Source: a virus
Virus record (IMG/VR): IMGVR_UViG_3300044638_008494
Coordinates: 43,023-107,022 of that record
Reading direction: 5' to 3' (one strand)
Length of the DNA: 64,000 nucleotides
In this document: one piece after another, positions 1 to 11,300 of the stretch
Layout: each line of letters begins with the position of its first letter
Numbering within the stretch: the stretch's first letter is position 1
Notes under the pieces: generated by a model
The model's database searches: none
Seen by the model: only the letters and a program-made list of their open reading frames with translations
Told to the model about the DNA's origin: nothing
Program-made: the position numbers and the translations under genes

Positions 1-1145
1 CTCAATCCTGTTGGTACGCCACTTTTATACAAATTAACAGTAATGCCTGTTATGGTCCAATATTTTTTATGGTACTCTTGAATTCCGCTCTGTTGAAAAA
101 TTCTTCCACCAAATTCACTATTTGTGATATAGCCATTAGATGTATTACTGTATATATTTTGATTATTATTAGTATTGCTTGATAATATTAAATTATTCTT
201 TACCGGAAGATCAAAATTAAACCATGCAGTTGTATTTGCAGTATTTGGCTTTATAAACCATGATCCAGTAAAACTATCTTGATATCCATTTAAAAATCTA
301 TTATTGTTTTGCAAGCCAGACAAAGTTACAAAAAATCCAGAAGTTTTAGAATAGGTGCTATATAAGTCTAGAATAATATTCCAGTTTGAATATAAATCTG
401 AAATATTTAGCGTATCCAAAGATCCAACAACTACATTTCCTACAACGCTTAAAACGCCTGATTCAAGTGGATTTGAAAATCTTAATATTGATAATGTTTG
501 ATTTATAGTTCCAAAATTTGTATTTAAAACTAACGGAAGATAATAGCTAGAATACGGTTCGCTTTGTAAAATTGTTAAATCTACGTAAGACTGTGGATCT
601 ATCTGTATATTTTTATTTTGATTTCCAGAAAAAACAAAATAATTAGTAGCGTTACTTGTAGGATTTATATTAATATCATGTACAACAAATGGAAATGAAT
701 TATTTTGATCGCCAGATATTTTTAAATTTAATGGATTTTTATAATAATCAGCCTGCTTATATATAATATTATATAACGGCCTGTCTCCATTTATTTTAAT
801 ATCTAAATCTTTTTCAAAATTCAAACTACCGTTCCAAGATAAATTTATTCCAGAGCAAAATCCATAATCTCCTGTTGTATTATAAATAATATTATTGTCA
901 ATAGATAAATTAAAATTATTTTTTGATAAATTTCCAGATAGATTAAAAAATTTATTTTTTGGATCAACAAAATATATAAAATTATCACTTTTATCTTTTA
1001 TCTTGCCACTTTCTATTGTAATTTTTTCTCGCACATTTTGAGATAAAAAATCAAAATTCGTACTATAAAAATTATCATAATTCATATAGCTTATGCTAAA
1101 TGATATTCCACTTTGAGGATAAAAATTTATACCAGAATATTTCAT
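1..1145 (-). CDS. Probable virion/tail protein, truncated by the left window edge (not in ORF track)
   Basis: ATG at 1145 overlaps the TGA of the upstream gene (ATGA); reads MKYSGINFYPQSGISFSISYMNY...; frame open where checked (start and window edge); last gene of the tail cluster. Confidence 0.7.
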   Translation of the reverse strand, partial: MKYSGINFYPQSGISFSISYMNYDNFYSTNFDFLSQNVREKITIESGKIKDKSDNFIYFVDPKNKFFNLSGNLSKNNFNLSIDNNIIYNTTGDYGFCSGINLSWNGSLNFEKDLDIKINGDRPLYNIIYKQADYYKNPLNLKISGDQNNSFPFVVHDININPTSNATNYFVFSGNQNKNIQIDPQSYVDLTILQSEPYSSYYLPLVLNTNFGTINQTLSILRFSNPLESGVLSVVGNVVVGSLDTLNISDLYSNWNIILDLYSTYSKTSGFFVTLSGLQNNNRFLNGYQDSFTGSWFIKPNTANTTAWFNFDLPVKNNLILSSNTNNNQNIYSNTSNGYITNSEFGGRIFQQSGIQEYHKKYWTITGITVNLYKSGVPTGL

Positions 1146-3442
1146 GACATTCTATTACTGACGTTTGTTTGAACTGCCGAGACAAGATTTCTTTGCAGTT
1201 TAGGTTTAAATGGTATGTCTTTATAACTATATGAAACTAAAAGACCAGCACTATCTACAGTTGCCGTTAATGACTGTAAGGTTGGGACAATTGGCAAATA
1301 AAATCCATCACATGTTGCACTATAAGTTTTTAATGGCTCCGTTGTGCCCCCAGATTCTGGCGTGTAAAGTTCTTCTCGAACATCCGTTTCTTGCGGGGTA
1401 ATATCTGAAATATTTACAGTATGTGATAATGCTGTACTGCTAATTCCTCCACTTTTTGCCCATGTATTGCTTGGCGAAGTATTTCCATTAGCAATAGTTT
1501 TAGAATATTGCGCGGTAGTTCTTCTAACAACTCTATACTTAGAAAAAGATGGATATACAAATAAAACGGTCTGACCATTGCAAGAACATACATTTCCAAA
1601 ACCACGAGCAGATCCCAAACCAGGAAGGGGAGCGCTTTCGGTATCATCATACGAGGTATCGTCATCGAAATCTTTAATAACACTTTTACATGGATTATTG
1701 TATTCCTTGTCTTTTTCTGCTGCCTCTTCTAGTGCTTTTTCTTGATCTTCATTACTTATTGCATTTGGATCCTCGTAACCAATTGTATCAGGAAGATCAT
1801 TATAGTTAGTAAATTGTGGCATTATTGTAGATCCAGCAGTTACTAGTGGAAAAATTCCACGCTTTGGGTATCTTACATATACTATCCTAAAGCCATCATT
1901 TTCAATTGAACTTCTTAAACTTCCAGGAGCTACGACCTGCTTTTCGTTTCCGCCGCCAAGATCAATCCATGAATATCCATTATTATTATCGTAAAGACTG
2001 CAAAAAATATCATGACTTACTCCGACAAAACAATCCTGCACTGCATCATCAAACTCGGATGAGTCAGAGTTGCCTTCTATCCAAGTAGAAACTGACCTCC
2101 ACAACCCCATTCTTACAAGACCAACCTCATCTTCCCATGTTCCACCTATTGGATTCAATCCTCGCCTAGTTGTTGCTGGACTATATTCTACGCGCTTTAT
2201 TTTTAATGACCCGTCTGCCAATGAGCCTAACCGCGAAACATCAGATGTATTGCTATATGGATAAAAAAGTTCCATATTTTTTGGTGGCTTCTGTATATTC
2301 TCCAAATCTTTAACTAAATAAAATGAACCACCCTCTCCAACACCCAAATATTCCAATATGTTAGCTCTCAAACTTTTGTTAAAATTAAAATTATATTTAT
2401 AATATAAATTTTCTCTTTCATCCCCAGATGGGGAACCGGGTATACCAATTGATCCATAATTTTTTAGCCCAACTAAGCTAAAATTTTCTCCCCAAACAGC
2501 ATATGCAGTTCTGTAGGCTGGTATGGTATCAAATAGTATGTCAAAAGCAGATGGATAATTTGGGTGAGGTATTGGAGATACGTCAAACGAATCATGAACT
2601 ACAGTTGATGCAGATCCATCAATGGCTTCGAAACTTTTATCTCTTTGAAAAAGCCAAGAAGAAAGCGTATATGTCCCTTCTTTTGTCCATCCTTCGTCTA
2701 CAGATAAAATTCCGCAACCTTCTTTTGGTAAATCTTCTGGAACAGAAATGCTACCATTGAATTTTTTCAATGCCTGTCTGGCCGTTGCATATCTCCAATC
2801 CCACCAATAATAACATCCAACATCATTATATATGCTAGCAAGAACAGTTCTGTAAGATCCCTCATAAGACACCCTTCCGCCAGAAATATTTGGAGCGCCA
2901 ATAATATTCAAAGCTTCATTTGGATCATAATCCACATCACTTGGTTCACAAGGGTTAGTTGTAAATTTTTCTCTTCCCAATCCGCCCGCACCAGTGCCTT
3001 GAAACCTTGACACAACATAATACTCATCCCTTGTTTCTATTCTAAATTCAACACCGCGACTTCCTGCAGAAATTCTTAATCTGGTAATTCTTAATGTTTT
3101 ACCTACTGTTGTGGTAGTAGATGGCAATCCTCTTCTAAATAAAACTATAGAATTCTGATCCAGATATATAGAATTATCCATATATTGATAAGTTATTAAA
3201 TTTTTACCTTGCTCATAATGCCTATTATATCCAATGAGCGTTCCGGCAAATTGAATTCCATTAAAATTTAATACCTGAGCATTTTGATTAAAATTTGATT
3301 GAAACGCTCCACCACCAGCTGCAATTTCGCCAGCAGCGAGCGTTGTTACCGATAATTTTGCTGGAGAATCTGTAACTGAAGCACTTAAAGAAACATTGAT
3401 AATTCCCTGATTTGCCCCAATCGATCTGATATTTATTGCCAT
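1142..3442 (-). CDS. Putative tail-tip/baseplate hub protein
   Basis: 766-aa ORF, fourth gene after the tape measure; call is by synteny. Confidence 0.5.
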   Translation of the reverse strand: MAINIRSIGANQGIINVSLSASVTDSPAKLSVTTLAAGEIAAGGGAFQSNFNQNAQVLNFNGIQFAGTLIGYNRHYEQGKNLITYQYMDNSIYLDQNSIVLFRRGLPSTTTTVGKTLRITRLRISAGSRGVEFRIETRDEYYVVSRFQGTGAGGLGREKFTTNPCEPSDVDYDPNEALNIIGAPNISGGRVSYEGSYRTVLASIYNDVGCYYWWDWRYATARQALKKFNGSISVPEDLPKEGCGILSVDEGWTKEGTYTLSSWLFQRDKSFEAIDGSASTVVHDSFDVSPIPHPNYPSAFDILFDTIPAYRTAYAVWGENFSLVGLKNYGSIGIPGSPSGDERENLYYKYNFNFNKSLRANILEYLGVGEGGSFYLVKDLENIQKPPKNMELFYPYSNTSDVSRLGSLADGSLKIKRVEYSPATTRRGLNPIGGTWEDEVGLVRMGLWRSVSTWIEGNSDSSEFDDAVQDCFVGVSHDIFCSLYDNNNGYSWIDLGGGNEKQVVAPGSLRSSIENDGFRIVYVRYPKRGIFPLVTAGSTIMPQFTNYNDLPDTIGYEDPNAISNEDQEKALEEAAEKDKEYNNPCKSVIKDFDDDTSYDDTESAPLPGLGSARGFGNVCSCNGQTVLFVYPSFSKYRVVRRTTAQYSKTIANGNTSPSNTWAKSGGISSTALSHTVNISDITPQETDVREELYTPESGGTTEPLKTYSATCDGFYLPIVPTLQSLTATVDSAGLLVSYSYKDIPFKPKLQRNLVSAVQTNVSNRMS

Positions 3443-3460
3443 TTATTTTATTTAATATTA

Positions 3461-5263
3461 TTATATTTCAAATAATATATTTCCTCCATTTTTTATATAA
3501 AAAAGACTACTTGCTAAAAACTCATCTTCTAGCTCAATATAGTCTATATTATTTGTATACCTTACCCCATTAAGCCAAACAGATGATGTATTTTTTGCTA
3601 TACTATTTACATTAAATAATCTTCCAGAATCATTTAATACATATTTTATTTTAAAATTTTTATTAGCAATATTTTGTGTGGAAATTATATTATAACCAGA
3701 AGGAATGTTTCTTAATATTTTATTTGGCAGCTGATAGTCCATACCAGATGCAAGTAATTGTCCATTTAAAAAACATAATTTATTACTAAAATTAATATTA
3801 TTAATATTAGATCCGCTACTTATATTTCCAGTTACTATGTATTCTTGATTTGGCCAAGAATCAATTAAAATATTGCTCGTAGACAATTCAGAAGATATGC
3901 GATTGGTATATATGTATGCTCCGGTTGTAAAATAGTCTCTTGTTGGATTATAAAAAATTTGACCGCTGGAAACAATAGGATTATATGACTGTTCTTTTAT
4001 TTGTAATTGGCCGTTATAATAATACCCAGAAACATTTTGCAAATTATTAGAAAGGGTTGGCTTAAGTCGATTTGTATTATTTTCAAATATTGCATTTGAA
4101 TATCCAATATTGTCATCATATAAATTTGAACCAAGAATAAACAGCCTATCGCTATTATCAATTGAATTATTTAAAAATATATAATCTACATATTCTGTTA
4201 TATATTTATAATTAGAAGCTATAGGCAATTTATTAATAATAGTGTATTCAAGAACATAGCCAGATTCAAATTCAAAATTTCTAATTCCTGTTAGTGTTTG
4301 ACACACATTAACATTTATTGTTTGCGGCGTAAATCCACTTATTCCATTATTTGATACGCCTTGTAGAAATTCATTGTATATTTCATTGTTAAAATCATTA
4401 AGCTCTATATGGCTAGCAAAATATGTTGACTCATCTGTTAATTGAACAAACGATCCAGTCGTTTCTTGCCTAACGTAACACCTAACCAATTCAATAATTT
4501 CAGAATCAATAATGCCTGTCGTTCCGCTTATTAATCCAGTCAATATCTGATCTTGCAAATCTATAACGCTACCACTAATGAATGACTGCTCGTAATAAGA
4601 TTTATTAAAAACAGAAAGATCATAAATAAATATATCTGATATTTTTGCCTTCAATAAGTTCTTGCTGTTTTCAAAATTAATTCCACTGCCTAAAGTATAA
4701 TTATTAGAATAATTATTATTTATATCTCCGAATTGAACTGTTGATTTGTTAATAGATTTATTAATAGAACTATAACATCCAACCGAATAATTTATTGGAG
4801 ATATTTCACAATAAAAAATACCTGTTTTTGGAGCCTTGGCGTTATGACAATATGTTATTGGTCCAATAATATTATCATAATATTCTATATATGGAAAACC
4901 AAATGGACTTATTCCAAAATTAACTCCTGAATATGTTGAATTTGTTTTTCCAAAAGAGGAAATGAAAACGTTATTTTGTCCAGTAAAACTCTCTATTTCA
5001 TATGTCATTAGAAACGCAACATTTTGAGAATTTAAATTTCTAATTTTTGCAAAATCTTTATCTAAAAATCCAACCCCACTATATTTCCAAAAATTATTAG
5101 GATTAGCTATTTCTAAATTCAAAGATTGAGCAGACCATGCAGATCCAGATAATATTGACTTGCCGCTAACTCCACTTTCATTAAAATCAAAATATGCAAA
5201 AGCCGTATTTTTATTAAAAAACGGGTCTTTCTCTAAAAAAAACTGTGTAGATTTATTTGACAT
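3461..5263 (-). CDS. Virion structural protein, possible LamG/ConA-like N-terminal domain
   Basis: 600 aa; AYFDFNE start and beta-rich N/S/aromatic composition; repeated (Y/F/W)xNGx motifs in the C-terminal half; tail cluster. Confidence 0.45.
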   Translation of the reverse strand: MSNKSTQFFLEKDPFFNKNTAFAYFDFNESGVSGKSILSGSAWSAQSLNLEIANPNNFWKYSGVGFLDKDFAKIRNLNSQNVAFLMTYEIESFTGQNNVFISSFGKTNSTYSGVNFGISPFGFPYIEYYDNIIGPITYCHNAKAPKTGIFYCEISPINYSVGCYSSINKSINKSTVQFGDINNNYSNNYTLGSGINFENSKNLLKAKISDIFIYDLSVFNKSYYEQSFISGSVIDLQDQILTGLISGTTGIIDSEIIELVRCYVRQETTGSFVQLTDESTYFASHIELNDFNNEIYNEFLQGVSNNGISGFTPQTINVNVCQTLTGIRNFEFESGYVLEYTIINKLPIASNYKYITEYVDYIFLNNSIDNSDRLFILGSNLYDDNIGYSNAIFENNTNRLKPTLSNNLQNVSGYYYNGQLQIKEQSYNPIVSSGQIFYNPTRDYFTTGAYIYTNRISSELSTSNILIDSWPNQEYIVTGNISSGSNINNINFSNKLCFLNGQLLASGMDYQLPNKILRNIPSGYNIISTQNIANKNFKIKYVLNDSGRLFNVNSIAKNTSSVWLNGVRYTNNIDYIELEDEFLASSLFYIKNGGNILFEI

Positions 5264-5267
5264 ATTT

Positions 5268-6803
5268 TTATTCAGTATATACGTAAGTAAAACTTACTTT
5301 CCTACCATCAAGATCCTCATTTATAGTTTTTGCTGTTAAAATCGAAAGCTTATATTCATTTACAATTTGTTGTATAAAATTCAAAGTATCAATATACTTT
5401 CCACTTTCAAATGAGGCATTTCCCTGTATTTGTATTGTTTGTGGCTGCTCATGAGTTCCATAAGCGCTCCATTCAGAACAAAGTGGCTGTTTAAATTCAT
5501 ATTGCTGCAAAGAGTATGATTTTGTTATCCCATATGTTAAAGATTTTATATAGCACGGTATTACTGTATTTATCTTATTAATACTCCAATTACATTTATA
5601 AATTATTTTAGATGCAGACTCGCTATATGTAACGTTTTCCTGTGCAAGTTTAAAATATGATAAATTATAATCATTATTATTAAATTCATCTATGTTTTTT
5701 ATAAATTCATTTAGTGGGTTAAATTTAGTATTAAAATAATCAACAACGCGAGTGTATCTTTCGGATTGATTTCCAACTCTGCATGTTATTTCCGAGACCA
5801 TTTCTGCCGAATCTTGGTCGGCCTGTATATCGTATCCAAGATTAAAAGATGCCGTAGATTTGACAGCTATTATTGGACTATTATCATTATTGAATACTGC
5901 GTTGAATTCAATAGTGTTACTTTGCAAGTTCTCATTAACACCAGAAGTTAAATAAAATGAATTAAGATCTCCATTATTTGTACATCCACTATAAACATCA
6001 AAAGCCAAACTCCACAAATCTAAAGTTTTATATTGATTTCTTACATTTTGTATGTTATTTCCCAACCCGCCTTCGATACTTCCGTTAATACTAACCGTAG
6101 TAAAATTATCAAGATCTTTATTAATTGTATTGCTATATCTTATAATTCCAGTAACAATATTTGCTTGATCAAATATATAATCTTCTTTTATTGAATATGT
6201 TCCATTCAAACGATCTGAAAATTCTGAAATTGAAACAAGTGTTGGCAAATTATTATCATGAATATTAATAAAAGCAGGTTTAATAAAATTATTTAATCCA
6301 GTCCTTGAGTATACCCAGTTCCTTGCGTTATAAATTGCTGCGTTTTTATTAGTCACACCATTTGCCGAGACTGAGTGGCTTATATTTACGCTTCTATTAT
6401 TATTTTCTTCTACAACAAATTCATCTACAGGATTGGTTACAAAATGTTTTCCGCTAAACGATAATGGATCAAAAACTTCCACATTAACAGTAAATGGCAA
6501 AATATACGCATAGTTTGATTCATCAAAAGATATATCTCTAATAATAACATTATCGGCATTATAGATAATATTATTATCTTCTTTAATTTGAAAATTTTTG
6601 AAATTTTGCGCGAAATTACTTACCAACTGCTGCTGTTTTAATAACATGCCACTAAAACCCACACCACAGCCTACAATCTCCCCCTCTAAATTAAAAGTGT
6701 CAATAGATTGCCACCAACCATCACTTTCTCTATTAAAAGAGACAAATGGAGTGTAGCATATTCCACTAAATGCATTTTTATTATTATACCAAATTTCATT
6801 CAT
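5268..6803 (-). CDS. Tail protein, probable paralog of 6796-8367
   Basis: 511 aa; overlaps its neighbour; shares patterns with it (I..IS.D.SN, SH.V/L, E..D..N.T.S..E). Confidence 0.55.
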   Translation of the reverse strand: MNEIWYNNKNAFSGICYTPFVSFNRESDGWWQSIDTFNLEGEIVGCGVGFSGMLLKQQQLVSNFAQNFKNFQIKEDNNIIYNADNVIIRDISFDESNYAYILPFTVNVEVFDPLSFSGKHFVTNPVDEFVVEENNNRSVNISHSVSANGVTNKNAAIYNARNWVYSRTGLNNFIKPAFINIHDNNLPTLVSISEFSDRLNGTYSIKEDYIFDQANIVTGIIRYSNTINKDLDNFTTVSINGSIEGGLGNNIQNVRNQYKTLDLWSLAFDVYSGCTNNGDLNSFYLTSGVNENLQSNTIEFNAVFNNDNSPIIAVKSTASFNLGYDIQADQDSAEMVSEITCRVGNQSERYTRVVDYFNTKFNPLNEFIKNIDEFNNNDYNLSYFKLAQENVTYSESASKIIYKCNWSINKINTVIPCYIKSLTYGITKSYSLQQYEFKQPLCSEWSAYGTHEQPQTIQIQGNASFESGKYIDTLNFIQQIVNEYKLSILTAKTINEDLDGRKVSFTYVYTE

Positions 6804-8367
6804 CGTCTATAGAAGTTACAGAGAATTGTGCGGTTCTTTCCATTGGATTTATGGATAATGTAGCGGATGTTGTTATTTCGCCCTCGCCGCCTTCATACAT
6901 ATCTTCAGGAAAAGTATTTAAAATCGTTTCCTTATTATATTTTCTTATTTTTGTTTTTGTTATTTCCTTAAAAGATTTTTGTTGGTGAAATTGTCTAACT
7001 AATTTATTAGATATTTTATATTCATCAAACAATCTTACTGGATAATTTATTGATTTAGACGATACACTTTCAGTATATTCTCCTGATAAGTTTATGTTCC
7101 TATCAGAATATATTGCTGTATAATCAAGGTCGCCATTATACTTAGAAACTGTAAGTGATTTGTTTTTTAAATTTAAAATTGGCTTTTTAATTTTATTACA
7201 AGAAATATTTTTATCTATTAAAGCCTCATAAGCATCATATGCAGCTGGATATAGTAAATTTATTTTTTGCTCATATCCATATTTCATATTTTCATATTTT
7301 TCTTGCGAATTTAATGGCCCATGTCCTTTTATTTTTAAATTTACTTGCGATGCAGATTCATATGGATCCGCAAAATTCGTCGTTGCATCTAATATCCAAG
7401 AAAATCGTGATGATATAAACTTCTGATCAGAATATTTTGACTCTAATTGAATTCTTCCATCAAACCTATTGGCCTGATATCCTTGCGATACGGCAAATGA
7501 ATTAAGAGTTCCGCTCGTATAATTCTGATAAAATGACTGGCATCTTGAATATGATAACCCTGAAATGGATTTTAATTTATTTTTTGCTCCATCAAATCTT
7601 GGATCAGACAATCCCAGAATATCTGCAGTTTCTGTTACTTCTGATACGCCTTCTTCATTTCTTAACAAAGAATATGAATAAAATACATCAGCATCATTAT
7701 CTCCATTTATTGATTTTGAAAAACTTTCTTCAAAAGAAAAAGTTTTATTTATTAAATCATATGTTTCAGAATAATTTTTTTTAACTGAAAAAAAGTTATT
7801 ACCACCGCTTAATAAAAAAAATGGAACCTCTTTTCCTATTATTCCAGACGCTATAGATTTAGCTATATTGCTTGCCAAATTCCCAACCAAGGCATTATCG
7901 AATTCAATATTTAAATTATGACTGTATTCATAAACATTATTTCGATTCAAATTTAAATTAAAATTTTCAGAAAAATTTGTTATCAAAGACAATCTGTTAT
8001 CGTTGATAAAATTAGACATACCGGTGAAATATGCACCGGTCATATTATACAAATTACCTGTGGATCTAATAATTATATCTGCTGTATATTCTGCAGTTCT
8101 AACCCAATTAGAAGAATCTACGCTTATATTAGTTATATATCCAGAACCGAAATTATGGCCATTAATAATTATTTCACTTGTAGATTTTGATAAGTTAATC
8201 AAGTCATTCAGCCCACTAAAAACGCCACTAACACCTTGACTGTTTTGAAGGTCTAATAAGAGTCCTTGTATTTGTAAATTTTTTTCTATAGCATAATTCA
8301 ACCCATAATCTCCAAAGAATTTTGGACTATGCGTGTACGTTAGTAGAGTTGCATTATCAAAAATCAT
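6796..8367 (-). CDS. Tail protein immediately downstream of the tape measure (distal-tail position)
   Basis: 523 aa; synteny. Confidence 0.55.
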   Translation of the reverse strand: MIFDNATLLTYTHSPKFFGDYGLNYAIEKNLQIQGLLLDLQNSQGVSGVFSGLNDLINLSKSTSEIIINGHNFGSGYITNISVDSSNWVRTAEYTADIIIRSTGNLYNMTGAYFTGMSNFINDNRLSLITNFSENFNLNLNRNNVYEYSHNLNIEFDNALVGNLASNIAKSIASGIIGKEVPFFLLSGGNNFFSVKKNYSETYDLINKTFSFEESFSKSINGDNDADVFYSYSLLRNEEGVSEVTETADILGLSDPRFDGAKNKLKSISGLSYSRCQSFYQNYTSGTLNSFAVSQGYQANRFDGRIQLESKYSDQKFISSRFSWILDATTNFADPYESASQVNLKIKGHGPLNSQEKYENMKYGYEQKINLLYPAAYDAYEALIDKNISCNKIKKPILNLKNKSLTVSKYNGDLDYTAIYSDRNINLSGEYTESVSSKSINYPVRLFDEYKISNKLVRQFHQQKSFKEITKTKIRKYNKETILNTFPEDMYEGGEGEITTSATLSINPMERTAQFSVTSIDDE

Positions 8368-8369
8368 AT

Positions 8370-11300
8370 TTATGCAGTCTGACCATTTTTAGTTTGTAAT
8401 CCAGCAATTTGCCTATTAACAGCATCAATTGCCGATGCAAGTTCTGCTCTTAACTGCTCTTGAACTTCCGATATTTTTGCTCCAACCTCAGCAATTGCCT
8501 CTTCAGACATTGATACGTCTATTTTAAAATCAGTACTAATATCAACAGGAAAACTAATATCTTGATTTAAAGTCATTTCTTTTCCACCATCTTCTACTGG
8601 CTGCTGAGATACCTCTCTCTGTGGTGACTCTTGAACTTGCTTAGTTTGTTCTTCAACTATTCCACTATTTTTATTAACAGCCTCACGACTACCATCTAAT
8701 GACTTTTTCAATTCCCTTATTTCTTCTTTTCCTTGCTCGATATTTTTAGGAGGGGCCATCGGGGCTTGAGGCTCAACTCCGATTGGCGGTTTTGATTCTG
8801 GGTTAAAATTTGGATCATAATACCCTAATCCCCCATCTGGCTGTGGAAACATTTTCGGAGGAGGAAGCGTTGGTTTAGGAAATTGAGGAAAAGCTGGGCT
8901 TAACAAAGGAGACTGAGGTGTATATGGTCGAGTTAGTGGCCCACCAATTGGCTGCAATGGAGATTGGATTTGTGGATCCGCAAATTGACCAACCAAAGGA
9001 TTAACTCCTCGATTTGTAAATGGAGACGCAGTAGGTGGAACATATGGTGAAACTGCGGGGTTATTATAAGGAAAAGGCTTTGGAGCCTGAAGCGGCATAC
9101 CCACGCTACCAGCTCCACCCTCTCCGAAATTAGGATCATAAAATCCTTGACTTCCATCAGGCTGAGTAAATGTTTGCGGCGGAGGAAGCGTTGGTTTAGG
9201 AAATTGAGGAAAATTAGGTCTTGGCGTCAATACTTCTCGCATATTTTCCGCTGACCCACCCAACATAACAGATCCTTCTAGCGCACTTACTATCTTATCT
9301 CCATTTAAATCTATAGCACCTATCATTTTTATAGCAAATGGATTAAGAGAATTTTCTAAAACAGACTTTATAATCGGCATAACGTCAGTCGCCATTGTTC
9401 CATCTATACCCTTGTTTAACATACCATCTCTGGAAGCATTTGGGGCTTGATATGGCATTTGCGACAATAATGATGTTACATCATAAGTGTTTCCAGCCTT
9501 TAACTCATCTCTTAAATACTGTATTACTGATATCATTTTATCATCTGATATTTTTTGTCCAGCCAGTAATGCGTCAATTGAAGATTTTAATTGTTGCTGA
9601 AAATCATCGACATTTTTAATTTCAGAATTTGCATTCTGGCTCTTTTGTACGGCGAGCTGATTTACGGACCGACCAGTATCGGTCGCCTCCACTTTTAATT
9701 CGTTTTTCAAATATTTAGAAAAATTTTCTTTTAAACTATCCGCAAACTCTTTTCCATACTTATTCATAGCATCAACTGCCAATTTATTATTTGGATCTGC
9801 CCTCCATTGGGTTAACTGCTCTTTTGTCATTGATTGAGACCATTGGCCCGACATTCGACCTTCTTCATTAAACATTTGATGTGTTTGATATTTATCTCCC
9901 CAACTTAACAAATCAGCACCAGGATCATCTGGTCCGTAGTTGTATTTCCTACGAACTACATTTTGATAATTTTTTTCTTCAATTTCTTTTATTATTTCTT
10001 GAAATGATTTTCCTAATGGGCCACTTGATGCTCCTGATATGTTTGTATTCGGAAGTTTATTTAAAATTTGTTTTAGTATAGAAATATTTTGAGCTACAGC
10101 TTGGTCTTGCTGCGCTTGAGATGCTTCCATTGCTTTAGCGGCCGCTGGGCTTATAATTGTAAAATTTCCGCCACTAGAGCCGCCAACGCCACTAACACCA
10201 CCAACGCCGCCAGCACTACCAGCACCACTAACACTGCCAGTAGTAGCTGCTCCCCGCATTGCTGCTTTTATTGCACTTGCGGCTGCTGTGCTTGTTATTG
10301 GGGGATTTGTTGTGGCGCTTCCTCTAGCATTAGACTGCATACTAAATGCACCGCCAGAAGTTGATGGGCATAATGCATTAATAGCTGTTTGCGCACAATT
10401 TGCCAAATTTAGTAATTTTTCCGCAGCATTATCTGCTTCTTTTTGTAATCCAGTAAAGGCTTGTTGTGAAAATTTATCCATATTTATTCCCACATATCCA
10501 ATAGATTTAACCAGATCTTCAGCTGCTTGATTGAATGGGTTAGCAAATTTTTGCCCAGGCTTCATACCGCCAAACTGCTGATTAACCATATCAACCACAT
10601 TTGCTCGACCCAATCCCTTTAAATTACCCAAACCAATAGCATCAAGGTATTCATCGGATTGATCTTGCAACATTGCTGTTAATCTTGATCTTTCTCCTCT
10701 TTGGTAATTTTCTGGAATTCCAAGAGCTTCCATAGCTTCTAATCTTCTGATTGACTGTTCGCGCTCGAACTTGTCCATTTCTCTTTTATATTTTAATGGC
10801 CCAATTTCGCCAGCTTGGTATGCCCTACGAAGCTCAGTTCCCTCCATTTGTGTTGGGTCAAATCCTGATAATCCAGAAACCCCACCAGCATATCCTTGCA
10901 TTTTTTGCATGCGATCATTAAATCTACCAACTGCAATATCGAATGCCTGTTGAACTTTTTGTGCAGCATTGTTAAAATCTATATTTTGTAGCGCCTGTTT
11001 TAAATTAAAATTTGCATCTTCAAGGCTTTTCTCATATGCGTCCTGCAGCCCTTTAGGCAATTTTGATAAATCAATTTTTTGTATATCTTCTATAGTTACA
11101 GCTTTTGCAATTTGTTCGGATACATTTTGCAAATCTACAACCTCTCCACGGTTAGCAGATGTTGTTAAATCTGCATTTTTTATATTATCTTGCAATTGCG
11201 GAACAAATGATCCCTTTAATGTATCAGCCGCTTCTTTACTTGCTTCTATAAAATCAATATAACTTTGCTGATCAATTCTTGCTGCGCCAATTGCCGCTTC

